Shown here one piece after another: positions 44,703-55,935 of a stretch of DNA of 64,000 nucleotides (its first letter is position 1; each line of letters begins with the position of its first letter). This DNA comes from the human T2T-CHM13v2.0 reference genome, Homo sapiens. The position numbers and the translations under genes are program-made. The notes below the pieces were generated by a model that had not been told where the DNA came from, ran no database searches, and was given only the letters and a program-made list of their open reading frames with translations. The DNA lies in assembly GCF_009914755.1 (NCBI RefSeq), contig NC_060932.1; one strand, written 5' to 3'.

Positions 44703-45307
44703 TTTATTTCATGCAAATTCAAACTGCCTTCATCATCTTTTCTGATAAAGTTGGAAAAGAACACAACAGCCGAGTCCATGCCCCACTTACTTGAGGACAT
44801 ATTTATATGCTCATTCAAAGACACTATTTGTCACGATGGCTCCAATTGGAGATAGTACTTGGTTGAACTTGAAGTGGTCTACAGTAATCCTCCAGGATTC
44901 TTACAGTTCTGTGTTGTTTAATGTGTTTAAAAAAGCTATCATTGTGATCACTCACTCCTCTGAAACTTTTTCCTTAGGAATGGCACTAATCACCCCTTTC
45001 TCATCTCTTTCCTTTGGGATACAGTATTGTTTCTAATTTATTATCTTGGGTATGAGGAAAACAGTGTTGATGATTTCGGAGTTTTCTACTTGGCCCTCTC
45101 CACTATGATAGCTTTTACCCCACAGATCCCAATATGGAGATTTTGTGTCAATTTCCCAATCTGTCTATCTCAATTTTATGGACCAGAAAAATGATCCCTG
45201 GCATCATTTTTCTTGTTGATATCATGGATCACTGTAAGCTAGATGTTGAGCAGGACTCCGGGATATCATCTGACATCCATAAGACCCTACTTTAACAAAG
45301 AACCTTC

Positions 45308-45450
45308 GTAATGGTTTGTTTTATGTGTAAACTTCGCTAGGATATAATACCAAGTTACTTAATCCAACACTAGTTTAGGTGTTGCCACACAGGTATTTCT
45401 GGATGGGGTTTAACATCTACAATCAGCTGATTTTAAGTAAAGAAAATAGG
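45308..45450 (+). mobile_element. MLT2-type LTR 5' fragment
   Basis: GTAATGGTTTGTTTTATGTGTAAACTTCGCTAGG..TTTAACATCTACAATCAGCTGATTTTAAGTAAAG. Confidence 0.7.
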
Positions 45451-45797
45451 CATTGTTTCCTTCACTTGCCTGTCTCCTGTGCCTGTTATATGATCCTCAG
45501 TCATTGAATCCCTTTCCCATACAACTTCCTAATTCATCAGTAAAATGTTTAACCATCGGACCACAAAGTCATGTCAAGAACTGCCTGTACTCACTTTTTA
45601 CTGTTGTTGTGCACTTATTGCCAGCCGGACAGTGAGTGGCTTTGTTCTAAAGCCCTGTCTTAGCAACTGCTTTCCTGGATTGCTCTTGGTATCAATGCTT
45701 GAGGTTGGAAGCTGTCAGCTTGCCAAGGATTAGAGCTCTAAGTAAATTCAGATGTGCTGAAGGGTACAGGGCAAGGCACCAACAGCGTCTGCCACGT

Positions 45798-45816
45798 TGG
45801 CCAGCAGAGGGGAGCA
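45798..45816 (+). promoter_or_regulatory. Candidate CTCF binding site
   Basis: TGGCCAGCAGAGGGGAGCA versus consensus TGGCCASYAGRKGGCRSYV: one mismatch. Confidence 0.5.
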
Positions 45817-47016
45817 GCTCTTGTTACTGTGGTTATTGAATCTTCTGTTGTTGATGTCATTATTATTATTATTGGTATTAGTGAGTGACTGCAGAAAATG
45901 ATCAACACCTGCAGATTTTTTTTAAAGTGTTGTTTCTCTAGCTTTACATTAAGGCGATGCCAATAATAGAGACTCACTTCAAATAAAAATGAATAATTTT
46001 CAACATCCATTTTCCAAAGGTAAGTAAAAGGTGGATCCCAGAACAGACAACCTGGTCTTAGGGTTAATTGCTAGGCTTTCCCTGTGATTCCACCCATGTT
46101 TTGCAAGTTAGTGTCTTCCTTTTTTCCTCCCTTTCTGTCTGTTTGCCGGAAGCCTGTGGTCTGGGCATGGTGCCCAGTTAGATTTAATTTTGGTTTCCTA
46201 CTTATGCAGCATCCTAGCTGTGGTTTGGAGATGACATTTTACAAATTGTGTTTAGGCATTATTGTTTATTTATGGTGGAACAAGTACGGAAAGCTTGTGC
46301 CCAGCCTGTTTGGATAATAACATTTAAAATAGAAGAAATAAAACTAATAGCAAATGATAATACATACAAATGTGTGATCATACAGACACTAGTGCATGTT
46401 TACATGCCTTTGAATGGAGCTTTGGATATAATAACAGGACAATGGTGTCATATCTCTCTTCTTTTCCAATCTTTTCCTGTAGTAGCCTGAAAAACGAGAG
46501 AGACCAGAATATAGGTGTGTGCCCATGGTATGTCATCTGAAAGGACTGGGTAAACACGTGGGACGGACACTGAGCTGGGAATTCATAGAGGGTGTCCAGA
46601 CTCCAGAGCCAAGAAGTGAGCTGGGCTCCCACCCCATTCTGAAGTTGCCAAAGAGTGAACTTGACCTGTATTCCACTATAAGTTGCTTCTTTAAGGTTCT
46701 CCTGGAGCTTTCTTAGTATGTGAATGGAATCTGGGCTGGTTTCCATAGTTTTTCTGGTTATTTTCAGGTATTACAACGTCCCCCCATGGAATCTCTCATA
46801 CATCATAGAGCTTCCCTCCACCCTTCAGCCTTTTTAGTGCCTCCAACTAGAACATCTGCAGCAGGGAAGAGGCCAGGATGGGGTTCTTCACCCGTTCATT
46901 AGACTTTTCCTCATCTCCTCCTCACTCATTCACTGTGTGGCCTCTGATACTCCAGGGATAGAGCAGAAAGAAAGGAGAGGTAATGGACAGAGATCTGGGA
47001 ATATTGTTTTATGCAA

Positions 47017-47124
47017 TGTGTGTGCCTGTGCGTGTGTGTGCGTGTGCGTGTGCATGTGTGTGTGCGTGTGTGTGTACGCACGTATGTGTGTGTGCGCGTG
47101 TGTGCGTGTGTGTGCGTGTGTGTG
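47017..47124. repeat. (TG/CG/CA)n alternating purine-pyrimidine tract
   Basis: About 105 bp of almost uninterrupted RY alternation with many CpGs. Confidence 0.92.
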
Positions 47125-47889
47125 TTTTGCAGATATTTATAAGCTGATCCCTCCTTCCTGGAACTCCTCGAAGGCTCCCCAGGTGAGCACATCCCTATAT
47201 AGGAAACTCTAATTCATTGGCTGCCTCCCCTGGCTGCTTTGTTTTTCGGGTGCTCTCACATTCATTCCAACCGCCATCTTTTACCCTCAGACACTCTCAG
47301 GATTGAATCAGATAGCCATTTGCAAATGCCCCAAATTTCAAGGATCACACATCCATCTTGGTAATTAGTTCCCTTGAAGTTCCACACTTGGTTTAAGGTG
47401 AAAAAGCAGAAGGCCCTCCTCTCCCTGTGACAATCAAGAGTTTTCTGCACACCTGCAGCCCTCTCTGAAGCAGCCGTTCTAGTCCCCAGGCTCTGATGTC
47501 CCCTATTCATATGGTGCGCTAACTCTGCTATGACCATCACTGGTGGGCCATTCCATTTGCAAGACCAGCACTTCTGTGGTGTTTTAGAATCCATTTTTTT
47601 TTGTTCTTAGCATTTATAACTTCCACTGAATCTTTAAGACCACAAGAATAGCCACATTTTATACCCTACTGTAAACAAATTTCCAGTAGAAGTCAGATAA
47701 GTGCATATATAAGAATTCATATACATGTTGGCTTTAATCCTGTTTCACTTATGCAGATTTTACCTCCACCCATTAACAGAACACCATAAGTTTATTATCA
47801 AATTTTGAGAGGTATTACCTAGAAATCTATACCAGCACAAGTTTATGGTATTATTTGCCTGGGAAATAAGAAAATAGCAGTTCAGCAAC

Positions 47890-48145
47890 TGAGAGGCAGT
47901 GTGTAGCACAGAGACTAAATGCATCGATTACTCATCCCTCCCTTTGTTGAATTTTATCACTGTAAGCCTATACCTATAGATCGAGAAAATCCATTCAATC
48001 TTTCTGTGTTTCATTTTTCATCAAGTGGTAATAATAATAATTGTACCTACCTTACAGGTGGTTATAAAGATTAACAAAGATAATATATATGTGATACTTA
48101 GAACACCGTCATTAAAAAAATGTTCAATAAATGTTAGCTATTACT
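47890..48145 (+). mobile_element. MIR
   Basis: GAGAGGCAGTGTGTAGCACAG..TGTACCTACCTTACAGGTGGTTATAAAGATTAA..TCAATAAATGTTAGCTATT. Confidence 0.7.
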
Positions 48146-48606
48146 GGCTTAGGATTTGGGTAAAACACACACAGAGGCACACACACACGAAGTAAAACCA
48201 TTTCTGTACAGTTGGTGATTAATTTTAGTCAATCAGTTAAGCAACTGTTTACAAGCTTCTCTGTGCCAGAGTATTATGCCAAGCACCGGAATACTGGGAA
48301 GTGTGGGTGTGGGTGGAGAAAAGCAGTTAAGCAAGACTCACTAGTGTAGTAGGAGAAACAACTATCAGGAGAGTCTCTTGAGATATTTAAGGTCCAAGGA
48401 GACTCATATTGTGAAATAGTGCAAATCCAAACAAAATGAGGTGGTGTTCACCCATCAAGTTGGCAAAAATGTTAAAGTTTGAGAATACCCATTGCTGGAA
48501 ATGATGTGAGGAAAACACACATTCTCCATATATAATCAATAAAGGTAGACATTTATCAACTTTTATGGAAGGTATTGGAAAACATCTACAAAGGGTGAGA
48601 TACGTG

Positions 48607-48909
48607 TGTAAGGATGATGGCTGCACTGTAGTCAAGTATAGGCCGAGGTACACATCTGGAATAGCATGACACAATGAGATTGGAGCGCAGGTGCACAATC
48701 CCATGCATTTTATAATCACAGTTATGTAGCCATAACATGGGAGGGCTCATCACCTGGCTCTGAGCCAGTATTGTGTGTGACATGCATAAATGCAGCACTG
48801 ACAGTGTGGGTGAGCTGCTAAATAAAGCCATGTCCCCACCTACCTGTGATCTCTTGAGTGTTCTTTCAGCTGCCCACCCCTTGCCCGCTGACTCCCCTGG
48901 AATCTAACA
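48607..48909 (+). mobile_element. LTR18-family solo LTR (ERV-L)
   Basis: TGTAAGG start, ATAGGCCGAGG, GCATGAC..GGAGCGCAGGTGCACA, AATAAA at about 48821, AACA end; 5-bp TSD ACGTG/ATGTG. Confidence 0.75.
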
Positions 48910-49072
48910 ATGTGTATCTTCTGATTATTGTATCTTGCATGTACAGATATCCTAGAAAAGGATAACCAAGGTACACAAGGATGTTTATTTCATTTTTGTT
49001 TGTAATAAGATGGCAAATAACCCTGGAAACAAAATGTCCTTCAAAAAGGAAATGAATATATAATTTATGGCC

Positions 49073-50003
49073 CAATTGTCCTTCCTTGTCCCTAAGGGAA
49101 GCATTCCAAGACCCCTAGTGGATGCCTGAAATCACAAAGGGTAATGAACACCATACAGATACTCGTTGATTTATGTGGGATTGTGTCCCATTACAAGTTA
49201 AAAATATCATAAATTGAAAATGCATATAATCACAAGTTAAAAATATCACAAATTGAAAATGCATATAATACACCTAACCTAACAAACATCATAGCCTAGG
49301 CTGCCTCAAATGTGCTCAGAACACTTATATTAGCCTATAGCTGGGCAAAATAACATAAAATAAAGCCTGTTATAAGTGTTGGATATCTCATGTAATTCCT
49401 CCAGTACTGTACTGAAAGTGAAAAACAAAATGGTTGCATAGGTACTCGAAATACTGTTTCTACTGAATGCATACCACTTTTCCACCATCACAAAGTGGAA
49501 AAATAGTAAGTTGAATCATTTTAAGTCAGAGGCCATTTGTATATACCATGATTTTTCTATATACATATATACCTATGATAAAGTTTAATTTATAAATTTG
49601 ACAGTAAAAATCAACAAAAACTGAAAATAAAACAATGAGAACAATCTACTGTAATAAAAATTATGTGAATGTGGTCTCTCTTTCTCTCCCTGAAAATATC
49701 TTATTCTCCTATATTCACCGTTCTCATGATGTGTCAATCTAATAATCCAGGCAGCTACTAAGTGACAAATGCGCAGGTAGCGGACGCAGTGCAGATACAA
49801 GGGACAAATGGATAATTCACATCCTGGGTGAAGGGTACGAGACAGGATAGTAAGACATTTCATCATGCTACTCAATGGCATGAAGCTGAAAACTTACGCT
49901 AGATTAGCTTATTGCTAGAATTTTCCACTTAATATTTTTGTACTGCATTGACTGCTGGTAACAGAAACCATGGAAAGGGAAGCCAAGATAAGGGGGCCTA
50001 TTT
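49073..50003 (-). mobile_element. MER44 (Tigger7-derived MITE)
   Basis: TTCCAAGACCCCTAGTGGATGCCTGAAA left end; GGTAACAGAAACCATGGAAAG..GATAAGGGGG right end. Confidence 0.75.
49156..49539 (+). mobile_element. MER47A-like Tigger MITE nested in MER44
   Basis: TA-flanked; CAGATACTCGTTGATTTA..ACACCTAACCTA..GTACTGTACTGAAAGTGAAAAAC..TAAGTCAGAGGCCATTTG. Confidence 0.75.
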
Positions 50004-50287
50004 TATATGCAAATAATGAAATATGATGTGGCATTTAAAAGAATTGAAATAAATAAGTATATGCAAACATAGAAAGATAATCAGAGTATATTATTAAATG
50101 AAAAAAAAAAACAACAAGCCAGGCCCACAGCAATATGCATTAGTTGTTGGTATCTGTAAACGTACAAAATATATACACACGTGCATATAAACCTGGAGTA
50201 GCATTAGTACTGAAATTCTTCTAGAAGCCATTACAAGAACTTGTTAACAGTGATTATTTTTAAGGAAATGCCTGAGAAGGTGACATA

Positions 50288-50652
50288 TTTTTCTTTTCTT
50301 TCTTTTTTTTCTGTTTTTTTTTTTTTGTTTTTTTTTTTGTTTTGTTTCGTTTTGTTTGTTTTTTTGTTTTTTTAAGATGGAGCCTCACTCTGTCGCCAGG
50401 CTGGAGTGCAGTGTCCTGATATTGGCTCACTGAAACTTCCACCTCCCAGGTTCAAGCGATTCTCCTGCCTCAGACTCCCGAGTAGCTGGGACTACAGGCA
50501 CCCGCCACTATGCCCAGTTAATTTTTGTTTTTTAGTAGAGACAGGGTTTCACCGTGTTAGCCAGGATGGTCTCGATCTCTTGACCTCGTGATCCACTTGC
50601 CTCGGCCTCCCAAAATGCTGGGATTAGAGGTGTGAGCCACTGCACCCGGCCT
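50288..50652 (-). mobile_element. AluSc-like with long patterned tail
   Basis: TGTCGCCAGG and GATCTCTTGACCTCGTGATCC are Sc diagnostics; about 85-bp T-rich tail. Confidence 0.92.
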
Positions 50653-51134
50653 CTTTTTTTTTTTTTTTTTTGCATAATTCAAGGCAGTTTTAATTTTTCC
50701 ACTATCTATAATAATTTTATAGAACTTCTTTGAGTAGTGATATTATAGAACTTTTAACAAATTTGTGCTCATTCCATATGGTATTTAGAAATTCATGTTT
50801 CATCTTATGTGAAACACACATGAACACAAATTATTATTTTTAAGCCCAAGAAAGAGCAGTGCTCCTGGAACCCCACAACTGAGTCAATGGACTTTCTCTG
50901 GTCTTTGGTCTATTTACACTCTTACTTCTGTTGTTTATTCTACCAGCTTTGCTCTGATTTATCTTTGCTGATGACTTATTTTTGTAGATGTCTTATTTTA
51001 AATTGGCTTCTCTCACTCCTGAAAACACTTCTCACTTGAACTGGGCGTCAGCATCACCTGAGGGAAGTTTTAGGGAAATAGAAGCCAGCATCTTCTTCCT
51101 GATCATTACACAGAATTCCTGGGAGTGTGAAGCA

Positions 51135-51137
<3 letters not shown>

Positions 51138-51181
<44 letters not shown>
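51138..51181. repeat. (TG)22 microsatellite
   Basis: Read directly. Confidence 0.95.
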
Positions 51182-51183
<2 letters not shown>

Positions 51184-51694
51184 GCTTGCCTGATGATGGT
51201 GAGGTGCCTCCAGACTTAAGAAGAGCTGAGTTTCTCATAGAGCTTCCCAGTTCATGTACAAAAGGGATAGGGTGCCCAGACCTTCATCTTCTTCTACTAC
51301 TTCAACTCTTCTTCCCCTGATCTCTCAGCTTTTCTCTTACCCAAAACAACATGCAACTCAGAGATTTTTCTTTAACTTCTCATCTTGCCTCTGATGCATG
51401 AAGTCAGCTACGTTTTTCTAAGTTTGCTCAGTATTTTGACTTCTCTGGTTGGGAATACAGAGCTTTTTAAGTGAACTGACCCTGAAGAACAGTCTTGGAT
51501 AGTAAAAACTTCTCTTCCAGAATTCCATTTACTGGCGCTGTCTCTGTGAAATTACCTGTCAGTTACCTGTCAATGGGTTTACCCTGTAACTGTCTTTACC
51601 CACCATTGGAGAATTCTATTTTTGTTTTGTAATTTTTGCTCTGAGTTACACTGTTTCTCCAGCATTTGCCTTACCGGGATCTGAACCATTAAAG

Positions 51695-51863
51695 CAGTAT
51701 TTCCCAAATTTTACTGTATTATGAGTCACCTAGGGATCTTGTTAAAATGCAGATTTTGAATCCATAGGTCTGGGGTGGGGCTAGAGATTCTTGCTTTTTA
51801 ATGAGCTCCCAAGTAATGCTGAAGCTCCTTGAAGCATCATGGTCTACACTTTGTGGAGCAAAG
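51695..51863. mobile_element. MER5A (hAT-Charlie)
   Basis: GAGTCACCTAGGGATCTTGTTAAAATGCAGATT..GGTCTGGGGTGGGGC.AGAGATTC..GCTCCCAAGTAATGCTG. Confidence 0.8.
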
Positions 51864-52423
51864 CATCACAGCTCCTGGCTCCTGGCCTGCAGTTTCCACT
51901 CTACCAGCCTCCTTCAGACTTATAATTGCTCTATCCCCCTCCTTTGACCAGAGCTTGCAAGTCAATCATGGCATTTAATAAATGGCATGGTCAGGATTTA
52001 GCCCTGGGTGCTCTAGACATTGGTATCTACTGTATGCAGAAACGTGTTTTCCAGGAACGATGATCACAGATGACACTTGCCAAACACATGCCAAGCACTG
52101 AATAATGTTCTTTTCATTTACGGTTTGCTAAAAAGTATACCTCACCATTCTATAAAGTAGGCAACACTATTATCCCAGTTTTGTAGATGAAGACTCTGAA
52201 GTTAACTAGCACCAGATATCACAGAAAGGGATGGGGTTGAAATTCAAACCCATGTAATTCTCTCCAAGAACTACTATTAACTTTTAGATATGTTTGTTTG
52301 TTTTTATATTATTGTACAAAATGAGGCTATGGTATAAAACAGTCATGTAATTTCAAACTGATGTTCATTACCTTTACTGTATTTTTATTCTATCTGAAAT
52401 TATATACAGATTTTTAAATTAAC

Positions 52424-52610
52424 TTTTTTTTATTATACTTTAAGTTCTAGGGTACATGTGCACAACATGCAGGTTTGTTACATATATATACATGTGCCAT
52501 GTTAGTGGGCTGCACCCATTAACTCGTCATTTACATTGGGTATATCTCCTAATGCTTTCCCTCCCCCCTCCCCCCACCCCACAACAGGCCCCGGTGTGTG
52601 ATGTTCCCCT
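52424..52610 (-). mobile_element. Short 5'-truncated L1PA (PA3-5-like) 3'UTR
   Basis: TTATTATACTTTAAGTTCTAGGGTACATGTGCACAAC..CCCATTAACTCGTCATTTACATT..GTGTGATGTTCCCCT. Confidence 0.92.
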
Positions 52611-53534
52611 TAAGAAAAACTGCAACTCAATAGATGCAGCCCACCATTTTTCATCTTACCTTTCTTTCCCCTGTATTCTCTTTTTAATTTTTGAAAGGTG
52701 TGAGTCCTAGTCTCAATCCCATACTAAAGTGAACGTCAGTGTTCTTATTTGTTACAGAGACGGGGATTCTTCTGCAGCAGTCATTTTTAACCAGATTGGA
52801 GGAAACTAAGGATTTATGTAAGTTTACATACTGTCCACACTTATGAGATTCTAATTCAGAAGATCTAGCTTGGGGTCCAGGAATCTGTAATTCAAAGGAC
52901 CCACAAATAATTCACATGCATATTTTAGTTGAGAATGCCTTAACTAAATGGTTCCTAAGCTATTTATTTTCACACTGAAAACTAGCTATGACACTAATCC
53001 CCAGTAAACTGTGTTCTTGCTTTCCATGTGGGGCTTGTTGTCTTTCCTGTAGGAGCAGACAGTGCCAGAAGAAAACTTGTTTTGTTCCTGAAATCTTCCC
53101 CATTCAAGGTGAATGATTAGTGTGACTGTTGCCTCTCCTAGAGCAATCCCAATGTGGGATGCACTGTTGGTCAGGTGATAGGTGGCTTAATTAGCAGGAG
53201 TCAACGCACAGCTGCTACCAGTCTAGGACTGTGTACGGCTGTCGAGCATCTGTTATGACTTTACGAAAGCTGGAGGGCAGGAAACCATGGGGAGTAGTCT
53301 ATTTCTGTGGTGTGTTTCCATTGATGATATTGTCTGCATGCAGAATGAGCCCATAGCTCTTTATTTGGAAAGTCTTGAGAATCTTCTTTGCTTGAAAGCG
53401 TGTAGCAGGTTTTCACTGTATCAGCAAGCAGAGACTTTATTGGGATTATTGAGTGGCACATGTTACAGCTATCTCTTGAGTCAGTTACAAAACTGCATAT
53501 GTTCTTAATCCTCATCCTCATCTTATTCCACATC

Positions 53535-53613
53535 CTCTCTGTCTCAGTCTCTCTGTCTCTGTCTCTCTCTCTCTCTTTCTGTTTCCATCTGTCTCTCTCT
53601 CTCTCCCTCTCTG
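53535..53613. repeat. Degenerate (CT)n tract
   Basis: Read directly; explains the SLSL/ERER ORFs. Confidence 0.9.
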
Positions 53614-54532
53614 TCACTTATAATCATCAAGTATTAAAACAAGAAAGGCCCAAGGAGGTCATCCAGTTTAGTGGTCCCTGAGTGATAGCCAAGAGATAAT
53701 TGTTTTTTATTGTTTCCTACCACTAAATACATAGAGTTTTCCCGTCAAGACATTCTGGCAACATACACTTTTAAAAAATCTCCAAAGCAGTTCTTATGCA
53801 CAGTAACTTTGGGATTCCTCATGTTATTGTTAGTTAAGTTGAAATCCAGAGAGGTAAAAAAAAATAATTATTCACATATAGAAAGTAAGAGAATAGAGAC
53901 CTCAGATTACCTGATTCCCAGTCCTCTCTTTTTTCATACTCTATGTTATTTCCATTTCTCACCCATCTATAACTATATTAGGACATTTTTGTAGTGCACA
54001 TTAGTTAATTTTGTCCATCTAGAAACTCATTCTTCTGGGCAACTATGTACAATAATGTGATTATAAAATGATGACCAATCATAGAATCTCACTCTCCTAC
54101 CCTAGATTGGGTTTATGACCCAGTTCTCATTGGCCACTCATTTCTCTTATCTCAGCATGTAAGTCCTGGGTTGTACCTGTAATCAAACTAGGCAAATAAA
54201 GCTCTTTTTCTGGGTTCTTCAATTTGGAGGTAACAAAGTACTTGTTCCTTAGGTTGAAAGCTCAATGAGTGCAAGTTAGGGGGTGTCACAGTGCATGTTT
54301 TTTGGAATAAAGTTAAAAACCCAGTTGCAGGTGGGGAAAATGAGGCCACAGATAAGATAAGCAGAGCCCAGAGATGCCAATTTGAGAGGAGGAGAAAGAG
54401 TGTATGTTTTCTATTGAGGATTTTAGTACCTGGATTCAGTACTTTCTGAAGCAAGTTATCTCCTGATTGCATAATGTTTCTCTACTAAGTCTCTATCTGA
54501 TTTCCCACTAAGTTTTCCTATATCGTTTTCTG

Positions 54533-55271
54533 TGTTATGAATTGAATGTTTGTGTCCCCACAAAATTCATGTTAAAGCCTTCATTGCCCATGTGATGGTA
54601 TCTGGAAATGGAGCCTTTGGGAGGTAAATAGGCCCCTCATGAAGGGACTAGTTCCCTTGTAAGAAGAGAAAGGGAGTGATCTCTCCCTGAGCTGGCACAA
54701 AGAGGTCACGTGAGCACACAGCAAGAAGGCTGCTGTCTGCAAGCCAGGAAGAGGGCCCTCACCAGAACCCAACCATGCTGGCACCCTGATCTCAGACTTC
54801 CATCTTCCAGAACTGTGAGAAATAAATATCTGTTGTTTCAGCCACCCAGACTATAGTATTTTGGTATAGAAACCTGTTATGGTTTGGCTGGGTCCCCACC
54901 CAAATCTCATCTTGAATTGTAGTTCTCATAATCCCCACAAGTCATGGGAGGGAGCCAGTGGGAGGTAATCAAATCATGGGGGTGGTTACTCTATGCTGCT
55001 GTTCTCATAATAGTGAGTGCGTTCTCATGAGATCCAATGCTTTTATAAGGGGCCTTCCCCCTTTTGCTCTGCACATCTCCTTGCTGCCACCATGTGAAGA
55101 AGGACATGTTTGCTTCCCCTTCCATCATAGTTGTAAGTTTCCTGAGGCCTCCCCAGCCACCCTGAACTGTGATACAATTAGGCCTCTTTCTTTTATAAGT
55201 TATCCAGTCTTGAGTATTTCTTCATAGCAGCTTGAGAACAAACTAATAAAAAACCCAAGCTGAGGCTTACA
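54533..55271 (+). mobile_element. MLT1A-type LTR, interrupted near its 3' end
   Basis: TGTTATGAATTGAATGTTTGTGTCCCC..CAACCATGCTGGCACCCTGATCTCAGACTTCC..AGAAATAAAT. Confidence 0.88.
54875..55250 (+). mobile_element. THE1D/MSTA solo LTR nested in MLT1A
   Basis: TGTTATGGTTTGGCTG start; perfect 5-bp TSD AAACC (54870-54874, 55251-55255). Confidence 0.9.
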
Positions 55272-55710
55272 TCATCTGTCTACTTATTCCCAACATGTGG
55301 AGAATAGTTCCCCAGTTTAAAATCACTGGCTAATTGCTAACACTGTGCCTAATTATTTTTGGTCTTCTATTCCTCTGGTTTGTGTTTTAATCCTTTTATT
55401 TTGCTGACTAAATCAAAATCAAACAACACCCTTGTTATCGTCTCTGTTCTCTAGGTTCTAGGCTCATTGGTTTCTACTTAATACTTAATCTTCACTAAAC
55501 TTGATCATTAGCTGTGAAACTATAAGTCAGTGGCAATGAAGTGAAAGGATATCAGCATTAAATTTGGTCACAGTTAAATTAATCTAAGCACAGATGCATT
55601 GAATACAATGGAACTTTGAACAAGTTCCTTATTTTCTTCATTTATAATGTTCCTCATGTTAAAATGAGCATTAGAAATAACTTACAGGATTATATCAGGC
55701 TAACTAAAAT

Positions 55711-55935
55711 ATTTATCATATATTTTAGTTATTCATATACTTCTTTTTCATAGTGAGAACTTTTAAAATCTATTCTTTTAGTAATTTTGAAATATACATT
55801 ATTATTAACTTGGATATGTTAATTAACTTGATATAATAATTCTACATTGTATACATATATCAAAAGACCATATTATAACAAATAAATATATATAATTATT
55901 ACTAGTAATTAAAAATAAAAATTGAAATAAAAAAT
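55711..55935. mobile_element. Short L1MA 3' end with 5' inversion, inserted in a MIR
   Basis: 55711-55810 is antisense L1MA 3'UTR; 55811-55935 is sense (TGGATATGTTAATTAACTTGAT..AATAAAA). Confidence 0.7.

Larger units (their letters stand above)
42732..45300 (-). pseudogene. Degraded ERV-L class (ERV3-16A3/HERV16-like) pol region: protease, RT, partial RNase H/integrase, dUTPase
   Basis: dUTPase-like ORF 43086-43301 (KLQL.P..FGL....AKGITI.A.VIDSD); RT thumb ORF 44063-44353 (SKVKDKL..L.PPT.KK...LVGLFGFW); frameshifted ITLINY-DD at about 44540-44562; DSAVVFFS motif at about 44750-44777. Confidence 0.85.
48430..50280 (+). mobile_element. Ancient L1ME 3' region, interrupted by LTR18 and Tigger MITEs
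   Basis: CACCCATCAAGTTGGCAAAAATG..ATACCCATTGCTGG..; resumes at about 48910 and about 50004. Confidence 0.65.

Noticed and set aside
53040-53115. Possible small exon (TTTCCTGTAG...CAAG/GTGAAT)
   Set aside because: Moderate splice signals only; no partner exons or coding signal
53261-53681. ER-rich and SL-rich ORFs
   Set aside because: Produced by the (CT)n/(AG)n tract
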